A stretch of DNA of 64,000 nt. It comes from Longimicrobiales bacterium (GTDB lineage Bacteria; Gemmatimonadota; Gemmatimonadetes; Longimicrobiales; Gaopeijiaceae). Under the pieces are notes generated by a model, which saw nothing but the letters and a program-made list of their open reading frames with translations, did no database searches and was not told the DNA's origin. Positions within the stretch are counted from its first letter, which is position 1. Every line of letters begins with the position of its first letter. This document shows positions 10,664 to 20,613 of this stretch, one piece after another. The translations under genes and the position numbers were made by a program. The stretch is from NCBI GenBank assembly GCA_965226375.1, contig CBDDCX010000008.1:2048001-2112000 (forward strand). The letters are read 5' to 3'.

Positions 10664-10795
10664 GACCTTCTAGAGCGTATATCAGCCTCGGAAGAGGAAA
10701 TACATGAGGGTCGTGCCGGGCGTTGCCAGTATCACGGCAGCGGAGCTTCAGCACTCACCCTACGCTATTATTGTTGGATCCTCAAAGGAGACATC

Positions 10796-11854
10796 ATGAA
10801 GCGATCGGTGTTCGCGTTCGGTACGGCCCTCCTGGGTGCTGTGCTCGCGCCGTCCGGAGCCTGGGCCCAAGACAGCTCGTGGGGAATTACGGCCGTCGAG
10901 GGCATCTCGGTCGGGCACCATACGCTGAGCGAAAAGCCGACCGGCTGCACGGTGATCCTGGCCGGTGAAGGTGCCGTCGGCGGTGTGGATGTGCGTGGTG
11001 GTGCTCCGGGTACGGTCGAGACCGACCTCCTGGATCCCGTCAATTCCGTGCAGGAGGTACATGGCGTCGTGCTCTCGGGTGGCAGCGCGTTCGGGCTGTC
11101 TGCTCGCGATGGGGTGATGCGCTATCTGGATGAGAAGGGCATCGGATACCACATGGGTGCCATCGTGGTACCCATCGTGGTCGGGGCCATCCTTTACGAT
11201 CTTCCGATCGGTGGCGACCCCGGCATTCGTCCGGGTCCGGACTGTGGGTACCAGGCCGCCGCACGCGCCACCTCCGATCGGCTGGACGAGGGAAACGCCG
11301 GCGCCGGCGCGGGGGCCACCGTGGGTAAGTCGCGGGGCATAGGACGCGCCATGAAGGGAGGCATCGGGACGGCCTCCATCACGCTGGCGAGCGGACTCAC
11401 CGTGGGAGCCATCGTCGCGGTCAACGCAGTGGGCGACGTCATCGACCCGTCGACGGGAGAAGTCATCGCGGGGGTTCGTACGGCCGATGGTCGGGGCCTC
11501 GCCGATGCCCGGGTGTTGATGCGTGAGAATCGTTCGTCGAACGAACCGCAGAGTGGCACGAACACCACCATCGGAGTGGTCGCGACGAACGCGGCGCTCA
11601 CGCAGGCCGAGGCCACCAAGGTGGCTCAGATGGCACAGGACGGCCTCGCACGGACGCTCTACCCGGCGCATACGCCAGGAGACGGCGATACGGTCTTCTC
11701 GCTGGCGACGGGCACCCTGGACGGTGACGCGTCCGTCTTCGTGATCGGCACTCTGGCCGCTGACATGATGGCCGAAGCCATCTTGCGGGCCGTGCGAGCG
11801 GCCACCGGCATCGAGGGCCTTCCGTCCGTCTCGGATCTTATCAGTAGTCGATGA
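10796..11854 (+). CDS. P1/S58 (DmpA-like) aminopeptidase, secreted
   Basis: AAGGAG RBS; signal peptide ending AWA-Q; GGVDVRGGAPGTVETDLL, LSGGSAFGL, NTTIGVVATN, DGDTVF. Confidence 0.9.
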   Translation: MKRSVFAFGTALLGAVLAPSGAWAQDSSWGITAVEGISVGHHTLSEKPTGCTVILAGEGAVGGVDVRGGAPGTVETDLLDPVNSVQEVHGVVLSGGSAFGLSARDGVMRYLDEKGIGYHMGAIVVPIVVGAILYDLPIGGDPGIRPGPDCGYQAAARATSDRLDEGNAGAGAGATVGKSRGIGRAMKGGIGTASITLASGLTVGAIVAVNAVGDVIDPSTGEVIAGVRTADGRGLADARVLMRENRSSNEPQSGTNTTIGVVATNAALTQAEATKVAQMAQDGLARTLYPAHTPGDGDTVFSLATGTLDGDASVFVIGTLAADMMAEAILRAVRAATGIEGLPSVSDLISSR

Positions 11855-11899
11855 CTCCGGATCGCAGCGACGACCGATGACGCACGGCCCTACCGGTCC

Positions 11900-13303
11900 G
11901 TGAATATCCACCTCGGACTTCTTCTGGTCTATTCGGCCGGCCTCGTCGGCTTGGGCTTGTGGATCGGCCGACGCGTGGAGAGCAGCGGGGGCTTTTTCGT
12001 GGCGAACCGCAAGCTCGGAGCTGCCCTCATCTTCTCTACGGCGCTGGCGGCCAATATCGGCGCCGGCACGACCGTGGGCGCCGCCAGCCTGGGGTATCGC
12101 GATGGACTCGCCGCGTGGTGGTGGGTGGGGAGTGCGGGGTTGGGCACCCTGGTACTCGCCTTCTGGATCGGCCCACGGATCTGGCGCGTGGCCACGGACC
12201 ACGGCCTCTACACGATGGGCGACTACCTCGAGCTACGTTACGGGCGCTCCGTGCGAGCTGCGATCACGGCCCTGCTCTGGCTCGGTGCCCCGACCGTCCT
12301 TGCGACACAGCTCATCGCCATGGGCAAGATCATCGAGTTCGTCGCCGGCGCCCCCTACTGGGCAGGGGTCCTCATCGGCAGCGTGGTGATGACCATCTAC
12401 TTCACCGCAGGCGGCCTCTTGACCTCGGCCTGGGTCAACATGGTGCAGCTCGTCGTCCTGGTCCTGGGTTTCGCCATCGCGATCCCCTGGGCGCTTGATA
12501 CTGCCGGAGGATGGGATGCGGTTCTGACGGCGACGCCCTCCACGGCTGACCCCTCGACCTTCTTGGGCAACGGTGGATCCGGGTGGATCTATCTGGCGCT
12601 GGTGGCGCCGAACTTCATGGTGTCGCCGGGCCTGGTACAAAAGGTGTATGGTGCGGTCGACGAGAGAGCGATCCGTGTGGGTCTGGGTGCGGTGGCGATA
12701 GCTCTGATGGTGTTCGCCTTCGTGCCACCCTTGTTCGGGATGATCGCTCACGTGTACGAACCTGCCCTGGCTGATCCGGACCAGGCCTTGATGGTGGTGT
12801 TGACCTTGGGGTTGCCGACTTTGCTGGGGAGCCTCGCCCTCGCCGCGGTCTTCTCGGCCGAGATCAGCTCGGCCGACGCCGCGCTTTTCATGCTGGCGAC
12901 CTCGCTCTCGCAGGACCTCTACAAGCGCTTCCTCCGGCCCGACGCCAGCGACGCTCAAGTGCTGAAGGTCGCTCGCTTCGCGGCGGTCGGCGGCGGAGCG
13001 GCGGGGGTGCTGCTCGCCCTGGTGCTGCGTGATGTCATCGCCACGCTCACCATCTTCTACGCTCTCATGGCGGTGTCTCTCTTCGTTCCGGTCGTGGCCG
13101 GCCTGTACGCCCGGAGACCCGGGACGCCTGAAGCCCTGTCGGCCGCGGGAGTCGGCGTGGCGACCCTCATCACCGTCACACTCCTTGATTTCGCAGACCC
13201 GTCGCCGTGGCTCAACGCCGGCTTCCTCGGGCTCGTGGCGTCCGCGGCCACCTTCGGGCTCGTCTTCCTGATTAGACGAAGCCGCGAGACACAGGCGAGC
13301 TAA
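11900..13303 (+). CDS. Sodium:solute symporter family protein
   Basis: ~13 TM helices; FFVANRKL, AANIGAGTTVG, AAVFSAEISSAD. Confidence 0.9.
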   Translation: MNIHLGLLLVYSAGLVGLGLWIGRRVESSGGFFVANRKLGAALIFSTALAANIGAGTTVGAASLGYRDGLAAWWWVGSAGLGTLVLAFWIGPRIWRVATDHGLYTMGDYLELRYGRSVRAAITALLWLGAPTVLATQLIAMGKIIEFVAGAPYWAGVLIGSVVMTIYFTAGGLLTSAWVNMVQLVVLVLGFAIAIPWALDTAGGWDAVLTATPSTADPSTFLGNGGSGWIYLALVAPNFMVSPGLVQKVYGAVDERAIRVGLGAVAIALMVFAFVPPLFGMIAHVYEPALADPDQALMVVLTLGLPTLLGSLALAAVFSAEISSADAALFMLATSLSQDLYKRFLRPDASDAQVLKVARFAAVGGGAAGVLLALVLRDVIATLTIFYALMAVSLFVPVVAGLYARRPGTPEALSAAGVGVATLITVTLLDFADPSPWLNAGFLGLVASAATFGLVFLIRRSRETQAS

Positions 13304-13307
13304 GCGG

Positions 13308-14390
13308 CTACCGGTTAGACTCGTCCACCACCTTGGTCCGGGCCTCCCTTTCGGCCACAAGCCGTTCGTACTCCTCCTGCTCCAGATACGTCACGTCCAC
13401 CCAGGCGTGCGCCATTTCGTCCACTGTGCGGTCACCCCATCCGACCCACTGATTAGGGTCCGGGTTGTTGGGGTTCTCCGGTGTGTTGTCATGCCATGCC
13501 GTGATGACCAGGGTCGTGCCCTTGGGAACCAGGGGCGCCACGTCCTCGACGTAGACGTAATTGATGTGCCAGTTCCACTGGAAGTTGTCCACGGAGCTGA
13601 ACAGCTCCTGGCGACCGTCGGGATAGATGGCCTCCATCGACATGGCCTTGCCCCTCATATGCATGTGCGGCTGAAAGTTCTCGAGGCGCGCCGGGGCCTG
13701 GAGCACGTGGAACTGCTGCGTCACGGCGACCTCGCCCGGCGGGATGTCGAGGCCCGATCGACCCGAAGCGTTCAGGAATCGCAGCACCGTGCGGTTCTGC
13801 GGGACGTAACCCCTCGGGTAGAAGTAGATACCGAGCTCGACTTGGTTGTTCTGCACCTCTTCGCCAATGGCGTGTATATGCACCTCCCACCGGATCTTGG
13901 CACCCGGTAGCATCAGCTTGCCTGCATCAGGCGGGAAGATCTCCCCGACCTTGCCAACCGCCCACTCCATGAACAGCCCGGCACTTCCTTGGGCCTCGTG
14001 GGCGGTGCTCGCCAGGCCGACGACCCCGTCCTCCTCCTGTACCAGGAAAGTCAGCGCATGGTGGACGATCTTCCGGCCGTCCGGATAGGTCGGCTTCATC
14101 TCGATCGCCCTCACCCAGCGGGCCTCTGTCAGCCCAGTCTCCACGATGGGCCGGAACCACTTGTCCATGGTCACGGCCTCCAGCGTAAAGGGCTCCGACT
14201 TGACGATCAGGTCGGGCTCCCCGAAGCGAGCGGCGAGCTGCCATCGGTTCGGATCGGGAAACTCCGCCGGCTCGGGCAGGTCCGCCTCATCCCCGAATGG
14301 GGCGCCGCCGTCGACCCACCGGACGATGGTGTCGATCTCCTTGTCGGTCAGGCCCCGATCGTTCTTGAAGTCCTGGACGCCGACCGATCG
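13308..14390 (-). pseudogene. PHM-like copper type II monooxygenase-domain protein, 5'-truncated
   Basis: IVHHAL, HIH, QPHMHMRG and VDEM candidate Cu ligands; DKEIDTIVRWVDGGAP; protein-like sequence begins abruptly at ~14390 with no own start. Confidence 0.7.
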
Positions 14391-14665
14391 TGCGTCGGCT
14401 GTCCTTGGTTGGGAGCCCCCGGCGAGATGAAGTTGTCGGGGCCCGTCGGGATCTCGAGCACTTCCTCGTCGTTTCGATTGAAGTAGCCGAATGAGACACT
14501 CACGGTACCGTCCGGATTGTCGTACCAGCCCTCGAAGGCGGGCGTCACCGTCTGACCGGTGCCGCTGACGGGTGCCAGCAGTACCTGCGCCGCCTCCAGG
14601 GGCATTCCTGCCGAGAGGAATAGCCCGACCGGCAGGCCGATCACGGCATGCCATTCTCTTCGCAT
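14348..14665 (-). pseudogene. Secreted hypothetical protein, 3'-truncated
   Basis: GAGG RBS; signal peptide; PAFEGWYDNPDGTVSVSFGYFNRN...QGQPTH then drift to an early stop. Confidence 0.6.
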
Positions 14666-14706
14666 CGATGTGCCTCTTACGTTCGACTCATCCGAAAGCC
14701 CGGCCC

Positions 14707-16485
14707 TCAGCAGGACAGACAGTTGTCGCTGTTCTTCGAACCCAAGCTCTCGAGCAGTTCGAGCGCCTCTGGGAACGGCTGGATCCGTTGAACCGGGCCG
14801 TTGGCCATGTCGGCCGTGGTCTGGCCTCTTCGGCTCACGTAAGTCACGTCGGCGCCGTGCTCGACCAGATATCGAATCATATTCACGTCTCCCCGTGCGG
14901 CGGCGTGGTGGACCGGCGAATAGCCGTTGTGGTCCCGGGCGTTTACGTCGGCGCCGTGCACCTCGACCAGATACCGCAACGCGGGCATCCAGCCTTTCGG
15001 CACGTGCCGGTGCGAGTTGCCCGCGAATCCTTCGCCATAGCCGACGCCTGTCGCTGCATGTACCGGATAGGCGGCCGGACCCCCAACGGGAACCGGGGAC
15101 AGTCCGGACATATCAGGCCGGTCGGCTCCTCTTCGGCGCCGTTGGGGCACAGTTTGGGTCGCCATGCGGGGATCGGCGCCGTGCGCCACCAGCAGCTTCA
15201 TCGCCTCCACGTCCAACGCGTAGGCCGCCCGCCAGAAGGGCGTCGCCCCCTTGGTGTCCACTCCCAGGAGGTCGAACGTGTAAGACATGTACCAAAGGTG
15301 CTTGGTCAATCGGGGATTGGGATCCACTCCGCCCTCGAGAAGCGCCTCAATCACATCCAGGTACGTGAGCTGTTGTTGTTGGTATGCCTGCTGTTGCGGA
15401 TAACGGGCCTTCGGCGCCCACTGGGCGTTGAGAGCGGCATATAGGGGCGTCGAGCCGGCGTCACTCGCCAGCGACGGATCCGCCCCCCGATCGAACAAGG
15501 CCATGGCCAGATCGAAGTGCCCGTTGAGCATGGCGATGAGCATGGGGCTCGTATGGTCGCCCAGGCTTACTCGGTCGATATCGGCACCGGCGTCCAGAAG
15601 CGCTGAGGCCGACTCGCCGTGACCCTCCCGTGCGGCATAAAGCAGTGCGGTTAGCCCGCCCCGCCCCCCCACGAGCTCCGCGTAGGTGAGGGGCTGCGGC
15701 CGGGCCTCTTCGAGGTCCACCTCCTCCTCCTCCTCTAACTCTCCCCCTGGAACGCGCTGCGCCTCTAAGGCGGCCTGGACGGCCGTCTGGACCTGGCTGG
15801 GCGTGGGGCCGCCGGTCTGATCCGGCCCTCGCGCCGCGCGGAACGCCTCGAGCACCCGGTTCCTGCGCTGGCCGGCCCCCCGATCCGCTTGCTGCCGTTC
15901 GGGCATCGATTCCACCCGGCTGGTGAGGCCGTGATCCGCTCCCCCATCGACGAGCGCATGAATCGCAGCCACCCGGTTGAACGCCGCGGCGTACATGAGC
16001 GGAGACTGGCCGCGGGCGGAGTCGAGGGCGTTTACGTCCGCTCCGCCGTCCAGAAGAAGCGAGACGGCCACGGCGCTCCCGGACGCGGCTGCGAAATGCA
16101 GCGCCGTGGCCCCTCCGGTCGTCGTAACCGCGTGCGGATTTGCTCCTGCCTTCAGAAGGATCTCCACGGAAGACGCCATGCCCGCGCGGCTTGCCATCTG
16201 TAGGGAGGTGAGGTCCCCGATCCGGGTCACAGCTTCGAGATCAGCGCCGGCGTAAATCAACATCTGCGCCATCTCTACAAGACCGCTCTCGGAGGCCCAG
16301 TGTAGGGCCGTCATGCCGTCACCCTGGGCCGCGTTCACGTCGGCTCCCTGGCGAAGCAGTGTGCGCACCGCCTCGAGGTCACCCTGCATGGCAGCGTCCG
16401 CGACGGCGGAGTCGGAGACGCTCATCCATAGGAGAGCAGTCAGGCACAGCGCGGCCGTCGTGTTCACTCGGAGGGAGTTTCTCAT
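14707..16485 (-). CDS. Secreted ankyrin-repeat protein with C-terminal CxxC (cassette 3)
   Basis: Multiple G-TALH-AA ankyrin repeats; ends NCLSC. Confidence 0.9.
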   Translation of the reverse strand: MRNSLRVNTTAALCLTALLWMSVSDSAVADAAMQGDLEAVRTLLRQGADVNAAQGDGMTALHWASESGLVEMAQMLIYAGADLEAVTRIGDLTSLQMASRAGMASSVEILLKAGANPHAVTTTGGATALHFAAASGSAVAVSLLLDGGADVNALDSARGQSPLMYAAAFNRVAAIHALVDGGADHGLTSRVESMPERQQADRGAGQRRNRVLEAFRAARGPDQTGGPTPSQVQTAVQAALEAQRVPGGELEEEEEVDLEEARPQPLTYAELVGGRGGLTALLYAAREGHGESASALLDAGADIDRVSLGDHTSPMLIAMLNGHFDLAMALFDRGADPSLASDAGSTPLYAALNAQWAPKARYPQQQAYQQQQLTYLDVIEALLEGGVDPNPRLTKHLWYMSYTFDLLGVDTKGATPFWRAAYALDVEAMKLLVAHGADPRMATQTVPQRRRRGADRPDMSGLSPVPVGGPAAYPVHAATGVGYGEGFAGNSHRHVPKGWMPALRYLVEVHGADVNARDHNGYSPVHHAAARGDVNMIRYLVEHGADVTYVSRRGQTTADMANGPVQRIQPFPEALELLESLGSKNSDNCLSC

Positions 16486-17876
16486 CAGATCGACAGCGAG
16501 AATTCGCCGGTGCTGTCGCCGAAGCTCTCCATGTCGTCGTGCCCCAGGTTGTGCAGCAAGCTCAGCATCACGTTCGCCATGGGCGTTCCCGCTTCGGCCT
16601 TCAGATGCATGTTGCCCGCCAACCGACCATTGGCTCCACCCACTACGATCAACGGGCAGCGCTTGTGGTTGTGGACGTTGGGATCGCCCATCGGAGATCC
16701 GTAGACGATCATGGTCTTGTCGAGCATGGAAGCGTCGCCTTCGATGGTGTCCTGAAGCTTCTTCAGGAAGTACGGGAGCATTCCCACATGATACCGGTTG
16801 ATGAGGGCGAACTCTTCGATCGCCGCCTCATTGCCGCCGTGGTGCGATGCAGGGTGGAACGGCTTCTCGGAGCCGCTCTCGGGGAATACGCGGGCCGAGG
16901 AGTCGCGGCCCATCTTGAGGGAGAAGACGCGGGTCATGTCCGACTGGAAGGCGAGCACCTGAAGGTCGAACATCAACCTCATGTGCTCCTCGAAGGAGTC
17001 GGGCACGCCGGCGGGGGCCTCCGGGAGCTCACGCTGCTCGCCGCTGGTGTTGTAGGCCTCCACCATCTGAATGCGCCGCTCGATCTCACGAATGTCCTGC
17101 AGATACCGATCCAGCCGCTGCCGGTCGGCGGGACCCAGCTCCCTCTGCAATTGGGCGACCCTGCCCGTGATCCAGTCGAGGATGCTCCGATCGGTCTGGC
17201 GCCGGGCCGCCCTCTCCTTGGGCGTTCCCCCGGCCCCGAACAGCTGCTCGAAGGCGACCCGGGGATCACGGATGACGGGAAGGGGCTCGGTAGGCGACTT
17301 CCAGCTGATGGAGTCGGTATACACGCAGGTATAGCCGTACGCACATCCCCCGGATTGGTTGATGTTCTCGATACAGAGCTGCATGGACGGAATGGGCGTG
17401 TCCTGGCCGAACCTCTGCGCATACAACTGATCGAGCGACGTGCCCACAAAGACGTCGGAGCCCTCCGTTTGCTTGGGATGGGCCTGAGTGAGAAAGGTGG
17501 CACTGGAGCGGAAATGATCGCCCCCGATTTCGGGCGCCGTAATAGCTTCAGCCCCCCTGACATCCGTATTACTGACGATGGTGAGGTAGTCCCGGAACGG
17601 CTCCAGGGTGCTCAAGCTCGTGGGACCCAAATCGAAGTCCCGACCGACCGCATGAGGCGACCATAGGTTCTGGGAGGCGCCGTATTCGCTTGACCCCGCA
17701 GCCCCGTGAACCATCTCGATCGCCACGAGGCGGGTGGCATCGATCGCCGCGGGTCGGCCCTGCCCAGCCAAGAGTCGGGCCGGTATCATGGCGTCGAGGA
17801 AGGGCAACGCCACCGTGGCTCCAAGGCCCTTCAGGACCTCGCGCCGCGAGATGTGCTTGCCTGTGATGAAGTCCAT
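16485..17876 (-). CDS. DUF1552 (HXXSHH) protein with Tat-like signal (cassette 3)
   Basis: SRREVLKGLGATVALPFLDAM, GGDHFRS, HPASHH, NVHNH. Confidence 0.88.
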   Translation of the reverse strand: MDFITGKHISRREVLKGLGATVALPFLDAMIPARLLAGQGRPAAIDATRLVAIEMVHGAAGSSEYGASQNLWSPHAVGRDFDLGPTSLSTLEPFRDYLTIVSNTDVRGAEAITAPEIGGDHFRSSATFLTQAHPKQTEGSDVFVGTSLDQLYAQRFGQDTPIPSMQLCIENINQSGGCAYGYTCVYTDSISWKSPTEPLPVIRDPRVAFEQLFGAGGTPKERAARRQTDRSILDWITGRVAQLQRELGPADRQRLDRYLQDIREIERRIQMVEAYNTSGEQRELPEAPAGVPDSFEEHMRLMFDLQVLAFQSDMTRVFSLKMGRDSSARVFPESGSEKPFHPASHHGGNEAAIEEFALINRYHVGMLPYFLKKLQDTIEGDASMLDKTMIVYGSPMGDPNVHNHKRCPLIVVGGANGRLAGNMHLKAEAGTPMANVMLSLLHNLGHDDMESFGDSTGEFSLSI

Positions 17877-17917
17877 CGACTACCTCTTCGATACGATTTC
17901 CGCTGACGCGAAGTCTG

Positions 17918-20527
17918 CTACGGTCCCCCGGAACCCTCTTCCACCACTGCCTCGATCCGACTCATCTGGAACGCCGGGCTCCTTACCACTCCCAGGATGA
18001 AAGAAGAGAGCCGATAATCGTTCTCTTCCGCCGCTCTGGCGATGCTCCGAATGGTCGGCTTGTCGTAGTACTCGACCCGACGACCCAGCGCGTAGGCCAT
18101 GAGATTCTCCGTGAACGTCCGGACCAACGGAATCGGCCGGGCCAACAGCGCCTGCCTCAGGTCTTTGGGACTCGTCACGGGCGTCCCGTCATACAGCTCA
18201 CCCTGCGTGTCCAGCGGCATCCCGTTCTCGCGGATACGCCACTTGCCGGTAACGTCGAAGTTATCCAACGCCAGACCGATGGGATCCATGAACTTGTGAC
18301 ACGACGCGCACACCGGATTCGAGCGGTGCATCTCCATCCGTTCGCGGGTAGTGAGCATTCGCCCATCCACCGATCCCTCGGTCGCGTCCAGATCGGGCAC
18401 TCCGGGCGGCGGCGGCGGTGGTGGTGTCCCGAGGAGCACCTCCATGACCCACTTTCCACGAAGCACCGGCGACGTCCGGTTGGCGTGGGAGGTCAGCGTG
18501 AGAACACTCCCGTGACCCAATAGGCCCCTTCGCCGGTCGTCGGCCAACTCGACCCTGCGGAAGTGAGTTCCAACGATTCCAGGGATACCATAGTGCTTGG
18601 CGAGACGCTCGTTCACATAAGTGTAGTCGGCATTGAAGAGGTCGAAGAGACTCCGGTCCTCTCGGACGAGGCTATAGAAAAACAGCTCCGTCTCCCGCCG
18701 CATCGCATCCGCCAGCTGCTGGTGGAAGTCCGGGTACATGAGCCGATCCGGGTGGACCTTGTCCAGATCCTGCAGGCGAAGCCACTGCGCGGCGAACCTG
18801 GTGCCCAAAGCCTCTGAGCGAGGATCCGCCAAGAGTCGGCGCACCTGCTCTTCGAGCCGCTCCTCATTGGAGAGGTCGCCCTGGCGGGCCACTTCTATCA
18901 GCTCTTCGTCGGGCAGCGAACCCCATAAGAAGAACGAGAGGCGGGATGCCAAGTCCAGATCACTGATGCGGTAGCTCTCGCCTGCCTTGAAGTCTTCGGG
19001 CGGCTCTTCGAAGCGGAACACGAAGTCGGGACTCGCCAGGATCGCTTGCAGGGCCATGCCGATCCCCGATTCGAAGCCTCCGTCTTCCACACCGGCTTCG
19101 TAGAACGAGCGCAACGCAGCGAGATCGACCTCCGTGAGCGGCCGCCGGTAGGCCTGGGCTCCGAGCCTGGAGATGATTTCCTCGGCGCACACGGACTCCT
19201 CGGCCCCCGCAGTCGGACGGCAACTGAAGATCCGCTGCCGGCTGGGCGTCTCCGACACACCGGTGGGGTTGTGCGGCCCTTTCACTACCAGATCCTTCAG
19301 ATGCGCGAGGGCGGTGACCCCGTATCCGCTCACCCCGATCTGCCGGTCCGCCAACGACCAGTCGTGGGGCGACATGAGATCGTCTACGGGACCCTCGGAC
19401 CGCCGGATGAAGGCCGCCGAGACCCGCTGGGGTCCCGAGCGCACGAAGACGGGCTCTGTTTCCATGTTGACGCCGTTCGGATCCGACACGCTCATCCAGC
19501 GGTCGACCTCGAGCAGCGCCATGCGTTCACCATTGATGGACAGCTCGATCTGCTCGTTCTTCGATACCCGACCGTAGAACCCACCGGTCGTTGTGTGCTC
19601 GAAGGCCAACTTGAAGACGTACTCCCCGTCGGCGGGGAAATTATGGACGACGGACACTCCGCCGCGGGTCCCCCGAGGCGCGCCCTCCACACGGTCCCAC
19701 TGGGTCGTGTACCCCGAGTTCGTGTAGGTCGTGGAAGTCGGAATCGCGTCGGGGTCACCGATGGCCAAGCGGGTGATGGCGCCCGCCGCCCGCAGGTAGG
19801 CATCCATCAGGGTCGCCGACAATATCTGCACGTCGGCGATGTTGTCGAAGTTGGCGCTCTTGGTGTCCAGTGGCAGGTAGTCGCCCGCGTCGATGTCCAG
19901 ATCCAGAAGATCATGGATCGACCGAGTGTACTCCGCGCGGTTAAGGCGCTGGAAGGAACGACTGCCCGGATTCGGATCCTTCGCGGCCGCCTCATCGATG
20001 AGATTCTCTAGCGTCTCGACGAGCGCCAACAGCGTGTCGGGACTCGGCCGCGGGGCACCCGGTAGGGGCATCATGCCCGCCCGGAGCTTCACGATCATCT
20101 TCTCGGCCGTCTCGGCCATCTCGGGCGCCGACTCTACGGCGAAATCGGAGAGCGTCAGGTTGCCCGTAAGCATCACGTCGTTGTGACAGACTACGCAGTA
20201 CTGCTTGACCACGGCCGTGAGAGAGTCGGCGGGAATGGCCAGACCGGTCCGCGAAGCGAGCATCGTGCGCCGGGAGAACGAAGCCACCGTTCTGCTTGGG
20301 AACGCAGGCCCCGGTCCACGCACGGAAAGATCGGCGTAGCCCGTCAGATACCGCTGCAGGGCATCAGTCACGGAGCTGGACACTCCGTTATCTGCGTGGG
20401 CGGCGGCGGGCACAGCCGAGGTCACACGAGAGGCCTGCATGCTCTGCGCCCCTGCGGCCCCCGGCAGGGCCGTCAGGGAGCCGAGAACGAATAGGGCTCC
20501 AACTGCTGACGTGCGCGGTGTCTTCAT
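17918..20527 (-). CDS. DUF1592/1587/1588/1585/1595 diheme cytochrome c-like protein (cassette 3)
   Basis: CVVCH and CASCH; QRLNRAEY, LASRLSFFLWGSLPD, TSPVLRGKWV, LMAYALGR; the ORF-track N-terminal extension is an artifact of the upstream frameshifted gene. Confidence 0.9.
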   Translation of the reverse strand: MKTPRTSAVGALFVLGSLTALPGAAGAQSMQASRVTSAVPAAAHADNGVSSSVTDALQRYLTGYADLSVRGPGPAFPSRTVASFSRRTMLASRTGLAIPADSLTAVVKQYCVVCHNDVMLTGNLTLSDFAVESAPEMAETAEKMIVKLRAGMMPLPGAPRPSPDTLLALVETLENLIDEAAAKDPNPGSRSFQRLNRAEYTRSIHDLLDLDIDAGDYLPLDTKSANFDNIADVQILSATLMDAYLRAAGAITRLAIGDPDAIPTSTTYTNSGYTTQWDRVEGAPRGTRGGVSVVHNFPADGEYVFKLAFEHTTTGGFYGRVSKNEQIELSINGERMALLEVDRWMSVSDPNGVNMETEPVFVRSGPQRVSAAFIRRSEGPVDDLMSPHDWSLADRQIGVSGYGVTALAHLKDLVVKGPHNPTGVSETPSRQRIFSCRPTAGAEESVCAEEIISRLGAQAYRRPLTEVDLAALRSFYEAGVEDGGFESGIGMALQAILASPDFVFRFEEPPEDFKAGESYRISDLDLASRLSFFLWGSLPDEELIEVARQGDLSNEERLEEQVRRLLADPRSEALGTRFAAQWLRLQDLDKVHPDRLMYPDFHQQLADAMRRETELFFYSLVREDRSLFDLFNADYTYVNERLAKHYGIPGIVGTHFRRVELADDRRRGLLGHGSVLTLTSHANRTSPVLRGKWVMEVLLGTPPPPPPPGVPDLDATEGSVDGRMLTTRERMEMHRSNPVCASCHKFMDPIGLALDNFDVTGKWRIRENGMPLDTQGELYDGTPVTSPKDLRQALLARPIPLVRTFTENLMAYALGRRVEYYDKPTIRSIARAAEENDYRLSSFILGVVRSPAFQMSRIEAVVEEGSGGP

Positions 20528-20613
20528 CGGCCTTTTCGTGCAAGGTAATGCGCCAAGATACGCCATCACAGGCCTCAACCGCGACCCTCTCCTTCCGTAT
20601 GACCCGGAGAACT

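Noticed and set aside
10433..10795. N-terminal extension of the DmpA-like ORF
   Set aside because: It overlaps the antisense permease; RBS and signal peptide place the start at 10796
10760..13360. Long antisense ORFs (480 and 375 aa) and similar shadow ORFs throughout the window
   Set aside because: They lie opposite well-supported genes in high-GC DNA and show no recognisable motifs
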